DNA of 64,000 nucleotides from Macrostomum lignano (lineage: Eukaryota). A model generated the notes under the pieces. It was not told the DNA's origin and searched no databases. It saw nothing but the letters and a program-made list of their open reading frames with translations. The position numbers and the translations under genes were made by a program. Numbering within the stretch: the first letter of the stretch is position 1; every line of letters starts with the position of its first letter. The stretch is from assembly GCA_002269645.1 (NCBI GenBank), contig NIVC01000013.1:186001-250000 (forward strand), written 5' to 3'. This document shows, in pieces, positions 13,375 to 25,060 of the stretch.

Positions 13375-14405
13375 TGTGGCGGCCCAATCAGCATGCAGCC
13401 AGCGATTGCGAGTACATCTGCACTGAAACCCCCTGCCCGCCAGACAGACAGTCAGTATGCTAAGTCGGGGGGGGGGGGTTGGCCTTCAATCGTTCCACCT
13501 TTTTGGCGCACCTCCCCATGTGATCGCGTGCTTATTTATGCTTACCGCGTAAAGCAAATAAACTTTCACTTTTCTCGCTTGCAACTTACTTCGTTTTCGC
13601 AAGCCGCTAAATACTACTACTACCAGGAGGTCAGTGTTGCAAGGTGTGTGTGATAAGTATATATATATTTCTTATATATATCTATATATATCTTGTGTGA
13701 GGGTGTTGAGGGTGAGGGCATGTGGGGGCATTGGCATGTGAAATATTTCACAGAACACAGCTTTTTCAGACTCTTTATACTTTTAAAAAAGGAGGGTGCC
13801 CTCGCCCTCATGCCCTCATTCATTTTGAAAATCACTCAAAATAAGTAAAAATGACTGAAAACAGGTGAAAATGATCTGAAAACACCAATTTTTTGTGATT
13901 TTCAAAAATTTTGAAAATGTGCAATTTTCGTGATTCCAGCTCTAAAACCATGAGAAAAGTTGGATTCACGGGTCAATTCAATACAATTTTACAATAGTAA
14001 ATTATGTATATACAAAATGGCCTTCAAAAAACCATTATTTCTAGGAAATGCTTTAGATATTCAGTCAGCTATAACAAAACTAGCAACCATCTGGAAAATA
14101 CCCAGAACTTCATATACCCTCATAAAATTTCGCAGGTGAGCTCAGTAGGGAGGTAGCAAACAAACCAAACAATACAACACACAGTACCACTCTAAGCCCG
14201 CGCGCAGACTGCCACAATGAATCGAAATTTTAGACTGAGTGGAGTAGGTAGCACAATGCCGTTACTACACCCACACAAACCCTTTTTCAAGCTCACAAGC
14301 TGCAGCACGAATCTAACAATTAAAAGCATTACTATATAACCAGACGCAAAGCTGTTTTACTCGTCTTATCATTTCGCAAGATTAGACTGACACACTATAA
14401 TTTAG

Positions 14406-15220
14406 GATTATACTACAGAATTGATAACGCTATTGAAATTGCCAAATTATTTAGTGAAGTATCAAAACGAGACCAAAGATCTTTAACGATAGAACTTACT
14501 AAACTATCTGATGAGGAGCGCCGAGCTCTTTTGAAATCTTCTGAGAAACTAGATCGAGCCTTTAGTGAAAAGACGAAGAAAGCTAAGAAGAAAGAGAAAG
14601 AAATCGACAAGAATGAGGAAGTTCGCCGATTCCTTCAACGGCTACAAGCGAAAATAGAGGAGAATCTTCGCAATGTTGTTGTTGTTAAAACACGGTTCGA
14701 TGGACTTGAGGATCTTCGGCCGATTGATGACAGCGAGGATTTGGAAGATTCCGAGATTCAGACCCGGTTTAAGGATTTAGATATCAACAAATGTCTAGCC
14801 AACTTTGCCCAAGGACGTCTGATCATCTATCTACAACAAAAGAGAGGTCTGACTCTAGCCGCCATCGCTATCAAACTCAAGATAGCCATCAAGTACACCG
14901 AACGTCTAGCCAACTTTGCAAAGTTTGCATCGCGATATCGTGGTCTACTCTGCTCATCATACTCCATGGATACCATCATGAAATTCAAGTCGGCTATTGA
15001 GCGCCGTTGTGATGAGAACGCCAACTTTGCAAGCCTGCTTGAAGAAGATCCACTTCCAACATTTAGTGGAGGCTCTGGTGTGCAAGATGACGCTTCAACT
15101 TCACCAAGACGATCACATGTTGCAAGTGCTTCAGGACGATCTGACGTGACGGAAATGGAAGAGGATGATGATGAGCTTCTCAGCAATGACTTGCCGCTGT
15201 TTCGAAATTTTCGTTTTTGA
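14406..15220 (+). CDS. Orphan protein exon: Lys/Glu coiled-coil, possible HTH-like helical domain, acidic tail
   Basis: Frame open from the acceptor ctgacacactataatttag| at 14405 to the stop at 15220; helical segment LTLAAIAIKLKIAIKYTERLANFAKFASRYRGL. Confidence 0.6.
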
Positions 15221-15696
15221 ATAGAAGACTTTCCTGTATTGTCAGGAATTCCTGTAATGTCAGGAATTGTCAGGAATTCCTGTATTGTCAGGAATTAGCG
15301 CGAGCTTAAAAATATAAACCATCTCTTTGCGATTGTGCTCAAGCTGAGTCAGCCTTCTTTTGTGTCTGAGACTCTTTTGTTGTTCCAGTCTTACTCATTT
15401 TCTACCCCATAAAATAGAAGCTAAAAATGAATATAACAAAAATACAATGACAGACTTGGGTATAGATATGAAAATTATTCCGCACAAGAAGAAGGCTTTA
15501 CATCTTTGCTAGGCTCAGTAGGCAATTTATTTTTTTCAGAAAGATTTAAATTTATCTTTTACTAAATTGCCTACTCTGCCAAAGAACCACTCTGAGTCCT
15601 AATATAAGCAAAGAGGTCATGCAAGTTTCAAACAATTTAAAAAATAGTTTGTGAAATAAAAAATGAAAACTAGATGGCAAAAATTTTCCTAGAAAA

Positions 15697-16945
15697 ATGA
15701 AAGCTAATAACCCAAATGTTCAAAATACACTGCCACAAAAATATTATGATTCTATTATAAATCTCTCTCAAATAAAAACACCCACTTGAAAGGCTCGACT
15801 AATTCAAGAAATTGATAAAGCTTACGATGAATATAAAGCAGAAATATTAAAACACACCGATTGTAAATGCCCCCATATTTGTATTCATTTAGAGTATATC
15901 TTGCACATGTTGATAAATGGGCATTGATTTCGAGACAGCAAATAAGGAATGATGAATTTTTCGTCATGCTGAAATTGAACATTTTCAAACTCCCCATAAC
16001 CCTTGAGAAGTACATTGAAACCGATAAATTACACTATTAAATTATTTCGTAATAAAATAGAAATCAAAAATCAAAACGATTCAAGTGTCTCTCCTGTGAT
16101 CGTACAGGATCCGTTTCAAAACCATGATGCACCACCGCCAAGATTGACAAATTTAAAACAAACAAAATCGCACGATAAACTAATTAATCTCTATGGAGAA
16201 CGCAATTTTATATTCGTAAGCTGCAGTATAGCATGGAATAGTAGAACAAAGAAAAAATACCGTCAAGAATGCCAACCACAGAAGATAGGAATTCAACCAA
16301 TCCACCACTTCGACCAGAGGTAGATAACATGATTTGGATAGATAAGAATAACTCAAATATAACCGTAATCGATATTGATAATGCTGACCTATGCCCTGAG
16401 TTTAATGAACTGTGTATGACTCATTGTTATTGGATTGTTCAGACAAACAAGGGTCATCACTTTTACTTTAACAAGGTAGATAGATTAAAAGTAACGATTC
16501 AACAAAGTGTGGGTTTTCATATTCTGGCTTTAGTATTTGCTCCACCAGGTTTCTATTATGTCGATGGTGATATTAAGGAATACAAACATTTAAAGTGCGA
16601 TGCAATTATACACATACCAGATGTAATTCTTGAGGATATAAATAGATTAATTAAGCCACAGGATAAAAAAACCAAGAACCCGATAAACAGGTACTAAAAA
16701 GTACCGGTCCATCACCCTCAAATCCATCAAATCCATCAAAATGCGATTGTCACACTACAATTCTAATGCAATATTACAACGTAGCAAAATGTACTCACAT
16801 TCAATATGATTGTAGCCATAATGTCATATGTCGTGTCTTGACGTGTTCATGTTTAACCAGAAAATTGCATGAGCCATCCTTCAAGCCCTATAGCAAGTTT
16901 ATCTGCAAATTTAAAGAAGCAGATAGCAACTGCGTACGAAGATAA
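15697..16945 (+). pseudogene. Virus-type AEP primase-polymerase (Prim-Pol) gene, frameshifted; any downstream helicase part is absent
   Basis: Restoring single As in A runs at ~16255 and ~16667 gives NFIFVSCSIAWNSRTKKKIPSRMP...NITVIDID...VQTNKGHHFYF...LVFAPPG, then a Cys/His-rich segment; intronless and AT-rich. Confidence 0.7.
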
Positions 16946-16949
16946 ACCC

Positions 16950-19614
16950 CTCACTCCACCCTGTCAAGACGCCCGGAGACCACCGGTTGACTTCGAACAT
17001 GGCCGACTGCTGGAGCACCCCGGTTCTGCAGCCCGACCCGGTGATGACACCAGCCTGGAGCCGGACTTGGACACCACACGTGAGGCCACTGCGAGAGCAG
17101 CCCGCACGAAGAAGGTCCACACTCGCAACAAGGAGGCCGAAACTGCCCTGGCCGAAGACCTGGAGGCCACTGCGCAAGCAGCCCTTCAGCACGACGACCA
17201 TCGCTGCAGTCAACGCCTGGAGACCGGTTTGGACAACAACCCGGAGGCCACTGATACCTCAGCCCTCCGCAGCGACGCCCACGCCGACTGCCGTTACTTG
17301 GAGATTCGCCCGGACAAAACCTCGGAGGCCACTGCTGACGTAGACCTCCTTGATGATGTCCAAGACTGCGGGTCCCGGAACCTGGAGACGCCCATGGACC
17401 ACGACTCAGAGGCCACTAAACAAGCAGCCCTCCTGATGACAGCCCACAACGCGAATCCAGACCAGCAACGTAAGTCCAACTCCCCGGAGTTTTACGCTGA
17501 GAGTTCTCGCCGTGTTGACAGAGGACACTCTCGCGACGGCTGCAAAGTCAACGCTCTGTCCCCCGAGCCGACAGACAGCTGCTCATCGCCTGTGCGGAAA
17601 GTCGAGTCCCCCTTTGCGACACCGCCCAGTGCTGGAGAAGACTCACCCAATGACGACGATGATCGAGCCGACGGCTACGGCTGTCTGCGACGAGGCGTGC
17701 TTCACGTGTTGCGTCTCGCCCTACAGCCAAGAGTCGCCTGGGCTGTGCAGTGGAGGCAAGTGCACTGCTCCAGCTGCGGAAGTTCCTGTCAAGAGAGCAA
17801 TGATGAGAACTTCGAAACGAGATCAGCGATCGTACGCCGACGTCGTGAGACAAAGTCCCTCGGAGCGACCTAATCCCGACGCCGACAAGACGGAGTCGCG
17901 TGATCGACTGCGAGCCAAAGAAGCGGAGACTGCGGGAGTCATGAACCCGCAGCCATGCCGCGCAGTGCTCACTGATTTTCTGAAGTTGCCGATGACGCGG
18001 CAACAGTTTGTCGACGCGCAGCGCGCCGACCGAGCTATCAGCTACGTGTTCAACTTGGTCAAGAACATAGCCCTGAAGCCTGAGTTCGACGCCCGGTTGC
18101 GGCTGACGAAGGAGCAGCGGAATCTGCTCGGATATTACGATAATCTGCGAGAGGACAACGGCCTGCTGATGATCGATCTGACTGATGGCCAGTAGCCCCC
18201 GAAGGTTGTCCTGCCCGAAGCTCTAGATGCCCAGGTGCTCCAGGAGCTCCACAGTTCGCCACTGTGTGGACACCTCGGCCAGACGAAGACGTTGAAGCGG
18301 CTACGTGAACGATTCTGGAGGCCCGGATTAGCCCGTGTCACCGAGAACTTTATCAGTAAGTGCCGTGCCTGTCTTGAAAGCAAATCGCGAAGGCGAGATC
18401 GAGTGCCTGTACAGAGCTTCCCGGGGAAGAGTACATTGCGATGTAGTCGGCCCTATTGCCCAGAAGAGCAAGAGCGGGAACCGCTACATTTTGACGCTCT
18501 GCGACGCGACGTCGAAGTACCCGTTCGCCTATCCGATGAGGAACCAGAAAGCCAAGACGGTCATCAAGATCCTGCAGGAGCGCTTGATCCCTGAGTTTGG
18601 TGTACCATGCTGGATACACACTGATCAAGAAACCAATTTCACTGGCTCAGCCTTCAAGAAGTTCTGCGACCTGTTTGGAATCCGGCATACAACGACAACA
18701 CCGTACAATCCAGCTTCAAATGGGCAAGTCGAGAACCTCAACAAACAGCTAAAGAGTGTCCTCACCTGCCTCCTCGAGCGCAACCATAACGACTGGGACA
18801 CCTTTCTCCCAGCCTGTCTGATGGCTCTCCGCTCTAGTGTCCACCCGGTGACAGGTTTCACGCCTCACTACCTGGTGTTTGGTCGAGACTTCCGACTTCC
18901 AATCGACAACGCGATCAAGAAGCTGCCGGAGTATGCCGATCTGCCTGACTATGTCAAGGACTTCCAGCGCCGCTTAGACGAAGCGACCGAACCGGCCGTA
19001 CGCTCTCCATTGGGTGGCCGTCCGCGTTGCCCGGTTTCTGGGCGGCGGCGAAGAGGACCTGCCAGCGATCCTGGCGGCCCCGCGTATGAGCTACTTTGAT
19101 TAACTGACGAGCCTGCGCAAATGTTCGCCCTTGATGAGGAAGAAGTTGTACCCCCCTTTCGCGCACTCCCCCGGAGCCTCGCATGTGAATCCCGAGTCAT
19201 GACTTCCTGCTCCCTCTTGCCGCGCTAATCAAGTGCCCTTGGTGCAGAGGTCCCTGAGCCGTCTGGCTTGTTTATTCAGGTTAGCGCCCTGCTAGGCGCC
19301 GTTACGGTCCGAATACCCGCAATTTTGTGGGACTCGAAGCCTTGTTTAGGCGCCACTTCTATGGTGGGCCGGTGCACCCACGCAACACTTAGGCGCCATT
19401 TTTTTCGTGGGCTGGCGCCCCCATGTAATGATTAGGCGTACGCTATTAGCGGGCGGGTGCCCCCGCCGTATCCGGCCGCAATCTTTACGACCTGGCCAGT
19501 CGCGCAATTTCTGGAGCGCATTTGAATTTTGTCTTTACCAGTAAATGCATGTTTATTTTGTTTTAAATAAAGCGCGCGCCGCTTCACTCCGCCTCTTTAT
19601 TTGAACGGGGAGAG
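16950..19614 (+). mobile_element. Ty3/Gypsy internal remnant: repetitive linker plus integrase, disrupted
   Basis: H2C2 domain LHSSPLCGHLG...CRAC; integrase core CDVVGP...HTDQETNF...SNGQVENLN; stop at 18195 and a frameshift near 18420; no gag, PR or RT present. Confidence 0.85.
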
Positions 19615-20669
19615 TGTAGTGAGTCGCTAGTTTAGTTAGGCGCCGCACTAGTCAGCTGTTGCCCTCGCCCTCGCCCCGGGCTTCTGTCTGCCGCTGGGCA
19701 GTTGCCTGTCCCCCCCCCGCCTGTCCTCTGGCCTGTCCTCTGCCCGTTTGCCTGTCTGTCTGTTTGTCCTCGTTTGACCCTTTTGTCTCGTTTTCCCTTT
19801 TTGCAGTGCCAAGACAGCTTGGTCTGGCCTGCCTCTGTTTCGTTCTCTGTTTGGCATCTCCAAATTTGGAGTGCCATTCCGTTTTCCGGTCCCACGGTCA
19901 CGAGTGCCTTCACTTGTGGGCCTTTTCCCCTTGTCATGTGAGTCAGTCACATGGCAAGGCCTTCTTCCTTCTTTAGTCCAAAGTGCAATGATTTCATCAT
20001 TGTACGCTGGGCTCGTGTTTATGGGGAGATCACGTGCGCATAGACCCCCCTTGCCTCCTCTGAGGCAGGGCCCGCTTGTTTGTTGCTAAAAATAGCAACA
20101 GAGTCACTTATGAATCTCAGCGGGGGCCTTTCGTAATATGGTGCAATCGATCCTCCCTATAAATGCAGCCCCTCTCATGGCTTGGCTCAGACAACCCTTC
20201 CGTTTCAGTCTTTCCTTTCTGTGCCCGCGTTTCTCAGTATTCACTTCTCCTTTCCGCCGTTTCGCTCAGCGCGTGTGCTAAAGTTTAAACTCCAAGACTC
20301 CCGATTTTGCGCGTGACTGCCTCTGATTGTTCCTGCTATCAATTAGCAGGCCAGCTCGGATCGCCCGAAGCTAGCACTTTCGCTCTCACCCCGCACCAGC
20401 CCGGCAGGGACTGCTGACGGTGGGCACCTCTGCGCGAGAACTGCTAAATCTGCACGAAGTGCGAGTCTCTTTCTCTCGTCTTAGTTATTTGCTTCTACGA
20501 GCTCAGCACCTCACCGAAGGCTGCGACTCTGCGAAGCTGGTGGCAGCACTACCTACGCTACGAGAACTACTTTCTAAGAAACCGCCAACTGGAGGTCATC
20601 GACCGGGAGCCAGAAGATCTGCCAGGCCACCTCTAAACGCTATCGAGGAAAGTAGATAACAACACTTCA
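19615..20669 (+). mobile_element. LTR of about 1055 bp
   Basis: TGTAGTG...CACTTCA termini (6/7 inverted match); preceded by the purine tract AACGGGGAGAG and followed by the PBS-like TGGTGGCAGCG. Confidence 0.75.
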
Positions 20670-20670
20670 T

Positions 20671-20682
20671 TGGTGGCAGCGC
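20671..20682 (+). promoter_or_regulatory. Primer-binding site, tRNA-Leu type
   Basis: TGGTGGCAGCG one base after the LTR-terminal CA; complementary to the 3' end of tRNA-Leu. Confidence 0.65.
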
Positions 20683-20944
20683 TCCTATAGAAGGCCTCTA
20701 TACAACAGGCAGACAAATATACTTCACGCTTATTAAGAATCTTTGCTTCATCTCGTTTACAAATTCAAATGTCGTGTACCTCATTCCATATACATCTGGA
20801 TACTATCTCACTGGATCTCTATTATCTGCATTGCTGTACATATGTGTGTAAATAAACATGTAATTTTACAGTAAATCTTGCACATACAAATAAGTCGTGT
20901 ATACTTTCCAATTTCTCCAGCAAACCAGTCAGCCAGTTACGGGA

Positions 20945-21065
20945 CGACATGGTCGACTGGCGGAGGTGGCATGGCAGGGACGACTCTCGGAGGTGGCATG
21001 GCACGGACGACTCGCGGAGGTGGCATGGCACGGACGACTCGCGGAGGTGGCACAACGAGGACGAC
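20945..21065. repeat. 27-bp tandem repeat x4
   Basis: GGAGGTGGC recurs at 20962, 20989, 21016 and 21043. Confidence 0.8.
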
Positions 21066-21319
21066 TGACTGGCGCGCAGTGCAGGGCTTGACAGGGACGA
21101 TTGGCAGAGCTGGCATGACAGGGACAAAATGTGGACTAATTTTCGTGCTTTGTATTTACTTATACCGTACTGTCTTTGCTTGATGATACTCTAAAACATT
21201 TTTTACTTTACTCTTCTTTTCAATCATGGCTTTTCACACGTGTGCGACTTTTTACCGTACGGTTTTTCCCGCCATAAAAAACCGCATTGTAATGTACAAT
21301 ACATAACAACGCGGTTTTC

Positions 21320-21735
21320 AATGCGGGATTCGATGCGGGATTTCCCGACATTAATTTAATTTGATTTATTAAGCCCCATCGATGCGGTAATTGATGCGGG
21401 ATTTCCCGACATTAATTTAATTTGATTTATTGAGCCCCATCGATGCGGTAATTGATGCGGGATTTCCCGACATTAATTTAATTTGATTTATTAAGCCCCA
21501 TCGATGCGGTAATTGATGCGAGATTCGATGCGGGATTTTGACATTAATTTAATTTGATTTATTAAGCCCCATCGATGCGGTAATTGATGCGGGATTCGAT
21601 GCGGGATTTCCCGACATTAATTTAATTTGATTTATTAAGCCCCATTGATGCGGTAATTGATGCGGGATTCGATGCGGGATTTCCCGACATTAATTTAATT
21701 TGATTTATTAAGCCCCATTGATGCGGTAATTGATC
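21320..21735 (+). repeat. Tandem array of ~49-59 bp units, left arm of an inverted pair
   Basis: Unit gatgcggtaattgatgcgggattcgatgcgggatttcccgacattaatttaatttgatttattaagccccatc. Confidence 0.9.
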
Positions 21736-22229
21736 TCAATCAATGCATGGTTTACAAGGCATGCAAATATCAGAAGGTGTAGTTGTATAATACAGGCGCG
21801 CATGTATAATCAGATTATTAAAGCAGGCAAACGCCCAGGTGCAATTTCAACAGACGCATAAATAATGGCGCACCGACTAAAGAGTAAATATTGGTATGGC
21901 TAACCCGCAGGTGCATAAATATCATAGCGCAAAATATTAAACAAAAGCGGTTCGGGGAAATCCCAAAAGGGAGGTTTTAGCCGCCCGTTTTCGCCGCCCT
22001 AACCCTCTTATGGGTACAATTAGGTTGAAAGTATTTCAAGTCATTAGGTTGTAAGACCCTCCATATTTCAGGTGGGTGGACTCGAGCCCGGGGCCAGCCC
22101 ATTACAGTTTTTTGGGCCGGCCCCTCTGCCAATTTCCTCCCTAGGAGCGAGCTATCAGAATTGGTCTTTTAACCCCCGTGCATACACACATAGAGACCCC
22201 TCAGTTAGACCCCTCAGAGACCCCAAACT

Positions 22230-22900
22230 CTTCCCCAGGCCCCGCTGCAGCGCGTGCGGGGGGTTACACAGCTCAGCCAATTGCATTTCGGGACGCAATC
22301 TGGCGCTGGATTTTACGAGCTGTGTCTCGCACAATGACTGTGCCTGTGGGATGCGAGAGTTTGTATCTGTCGGGCCGCACTCTATCGATGCCTTTTACTG
22401 CTGGCTGACTAGTGTGTTCAAGCAGGGGGCAATTGCTATTGCGCACAATGGCTCTGCGTATGACGCATTCCTCCTGCTCGGCGCCCTACTCAACGGACTG
22501 GCCAAGAAGAAGCCGCAGGTGATCTTCCAGAACAGCCGCCTAATGTACATGAAGTGCGACAAGATCACGTTCAAGGACAGCCTCAACTTTATCCCTATTG
22601 GTCTGGCGCCATTCCCAAAGGCGCTTGGTTTGGGCACCCAACTGACCAAAGGAGATTTCCCGCACGTGTTCAATCAGCCACAAACTGGGGTTACGTAGGC
22701 CCCTACTGCTCAATTGATATGTACGGCGGGAAGAAGAATAAGCAGCACGACTCCATCGCCGACTGGCTGACCAAGCAGGAGGGTCAAGTGTTTAATTTTA
22801 ATAAGGAGTACCTGGACTATTGCCTGCAGGACACGCTAATTTTGCGGGAAGGCTGTCTAAAGTATGCCCGCATGATTAAGGACATTTGTGCTGGCAAATG
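22230..22900 (+). pseudogene. Polinton/Maverick (adintovirus-type) protein-primed DNA polymerase B fragment, exonuclease region
   Basis: CSACGGLH, AHNGSAYD (ExoII), FKDSLNF, KGDFPH and YCLQDTLIL (ExoIII); 1-nt frameshift at ~22684; polymerase palm absent. Confidence 0.85.
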
Positions 22901-23280
22901 TGCTGGAACAGCACAAATGATCGCGAAAGCCAGAAGGAAAAATACAACAAAATTAATTTCAGTAACTGTATTAAATTTTAATCACTTTAGGCCCTTTCCG
23001 TAAAAAGAAGAGAAGCTGAAGGTCAGAAACGTTAAAGGCAAAACGCAATTTAATTTTTAATAACATTATAAGTTATAATACACAAGGACAACTTAATGTA
23101 ACTTCAGTTGTCCTTGATAATACATCGCTCGTAATAAGTACCTGGCTTTACTCCACTCTACAGTCTGCTTTACTAGTCTTTTTATTTTCAATTATTTGAA
23201 ATTTTTTTCAATTTTTTCAATTATTTTTCAATTCATTAATATTAAATTATTGTGCAGTGCAGTGCAGTGCCAGTGGACTT

Positions 23281-23451
23281 TAGTGGTGTAGCCAGGGAGG
23301 CCGCCTTAACAATCGTTGGGCGGCAACTTCACCCCACCTGCAAGACACCCCACCAGGGGGGGGGTGGGGTTGGGCGTGGCGGGTGCATGAGGCATGGCCA
23401 GCCAGGCCAACCCCCCCCCCCAATTAAAATTCCTGGCTACGTCGATCACTG
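23281..23451. mobile_element. hAT-type MITE of about 170 bp
   Basis: Termini tagtggtgtagccagg ... cctggctacgtcgatcactg; flanks agtggactt / agtggattt resemble a TSD with one mismatch. Confidence 0.6.
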
Positions 23452-23699
23452 AGTGGATTTGTGGAGACTACAGATGAATTTCTTTCTTTGGTTGTTTGTT
23501 TCTAAGAACTAAACAAAATATTTTTATTAACTTAAAAACGAAAAGCAAAAATATTTTACCGAAAATAACAAAGTAAAAACATGTTTCAAGTATTTCTTTA
23601 TTAATTACAGCGTAATACTGTATGATATTATTCACTTAGTTTTGAATTTAAGAATGAAAAATGCTAAAAATGTGACAACTGGCGTAATAGCTAAGCATA

Positions 23700-23880
23700 T
23701 CAGTTTTAAATTTAAATATTGCGATTGTTGCAAAGTAACTGTAACGGACTTCCGAAATTTGAGTAACTTACCGTTACTCCGTTACCAAAATAGGAAAGTA
23801 ACTTGCGTAAGGAACGCTTTACGAAAAAGTAACTTGCGTTACCATTTACAAGTTACTCGGTAACGGAAGTGCCCAACACT
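23700..23880. mobile_element. hAT-like non-autonomous element end with GTAAC subterminal repeats
   Basis: Repeated gtaac/gttac motifs ending in gtaacggaagtgcccaacactg. Confidence 0.45.
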
Positions 23881-24649
23881 GCTTTTTACCACAGATCTTA
23901 TGGAAATTTTTCATATTCAATAACTTTCGCATTCATTGATGGTTTGCATCCATTGATGCCAGTCCTTTCCTTAGATCACTTAGACAATTCATTTAGATAT
24001 TTGTTCCTGATGGGTAGCTGCCTTGTGAAATGATCATAAATGCAAATAAAATTACCCATCACGAATGCCACTAAATGAATGCGCAAGTTAATAATATCCT
24101 ATATTATGGAGTGTGCTAAAAACGAATCCTTTGTGCTCTATAGCCAATCTGGCTTGTTTTAAGTTGCATTTTTCTTTTTCTTTTTTTATTTGATAGACGG
24201 TTGCTTGGCTTTTTAAAGTAACCTTTGCTGTTGCTAAAATTTTGACAATAAACTTCGTTCCTTTTATACAAAAAGTAAAAAATCTCTGAGTTTACCGGCT
24301 TAAGTATTTAAAATTAGATAAGATACAAGATAAGTAGAATATCAACCAGTCAACGTAGCAAAGAAGCTCAAAACATTTACTTCAAAACATTTACTTTGTT
24401 TTGTTTTGTTAAGATAATTGAAAAATTTACGGCCCGGCCTGGGCTGGACCAGGCCGGGCCACAAAATAGCAACACCCAGTTCAATCAACATGCAGCAGCA
24501 GGCTGGGCGAACAAGCTAGACAGACCCACGATTGTCAGGTCCATGTCTCCGTTGCCTCGCTGAAGCTGCAGTTGCTGCAGATTCACCAAGGTCACCACGT
24601 TGTTGCCAAGCTGATTGAACAGCTCGCCATTATTTGCTACCACCTATTG

Positions 24650-25060
24650 GGCTTAATAATTGAAATTAATTAAATGTCGGGATATCCCGCATCGAATCCC
24701 GCATCAATTACCGCATCGATTGGGCTTAATAAATCAAATTAAATTAATGTCGGGAAATCCCGCATCGAATCCTGCATTAATTACCGCATCGATAGGGCTT
24801 AATAAATCAAATTAAATTAATGTCGGGAAATACCGCATCGAATCCCGCATCAATTACTGCATCGATTGGGCTTAATAAATTAAATTAAATTAATGTCAGG
24901 AAATCCCACATCGAATCCCGCATCAATTACTGCATTGATGGGGCTTAATAAATCAAATTAAATTAATGTCGGGAAATCCCGCATCGAATCCCGTATCAAT
25001 TACTGCATCAATGGGGCTTAATAAATCAAATTAAATTAATGTCAGGAAATCCTGCATCAA
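24650..25060 (-). repeat. Tandem array, reverse complement of 21320-21735 (right arm)
   Basis: Unit taaattaatgtcgggaaatcccgcatcgaatcccgcatcaattaccgcatcgattgggcttaataaatcaaat. Confidence 0.9.

Noticed and set aside
14508-14536. Hammerhead-like CTGATGA...GAAA
   Set aside because: Stem II is not directly followed by GAAA, no stems I/III were found, and it lies within a coding exon
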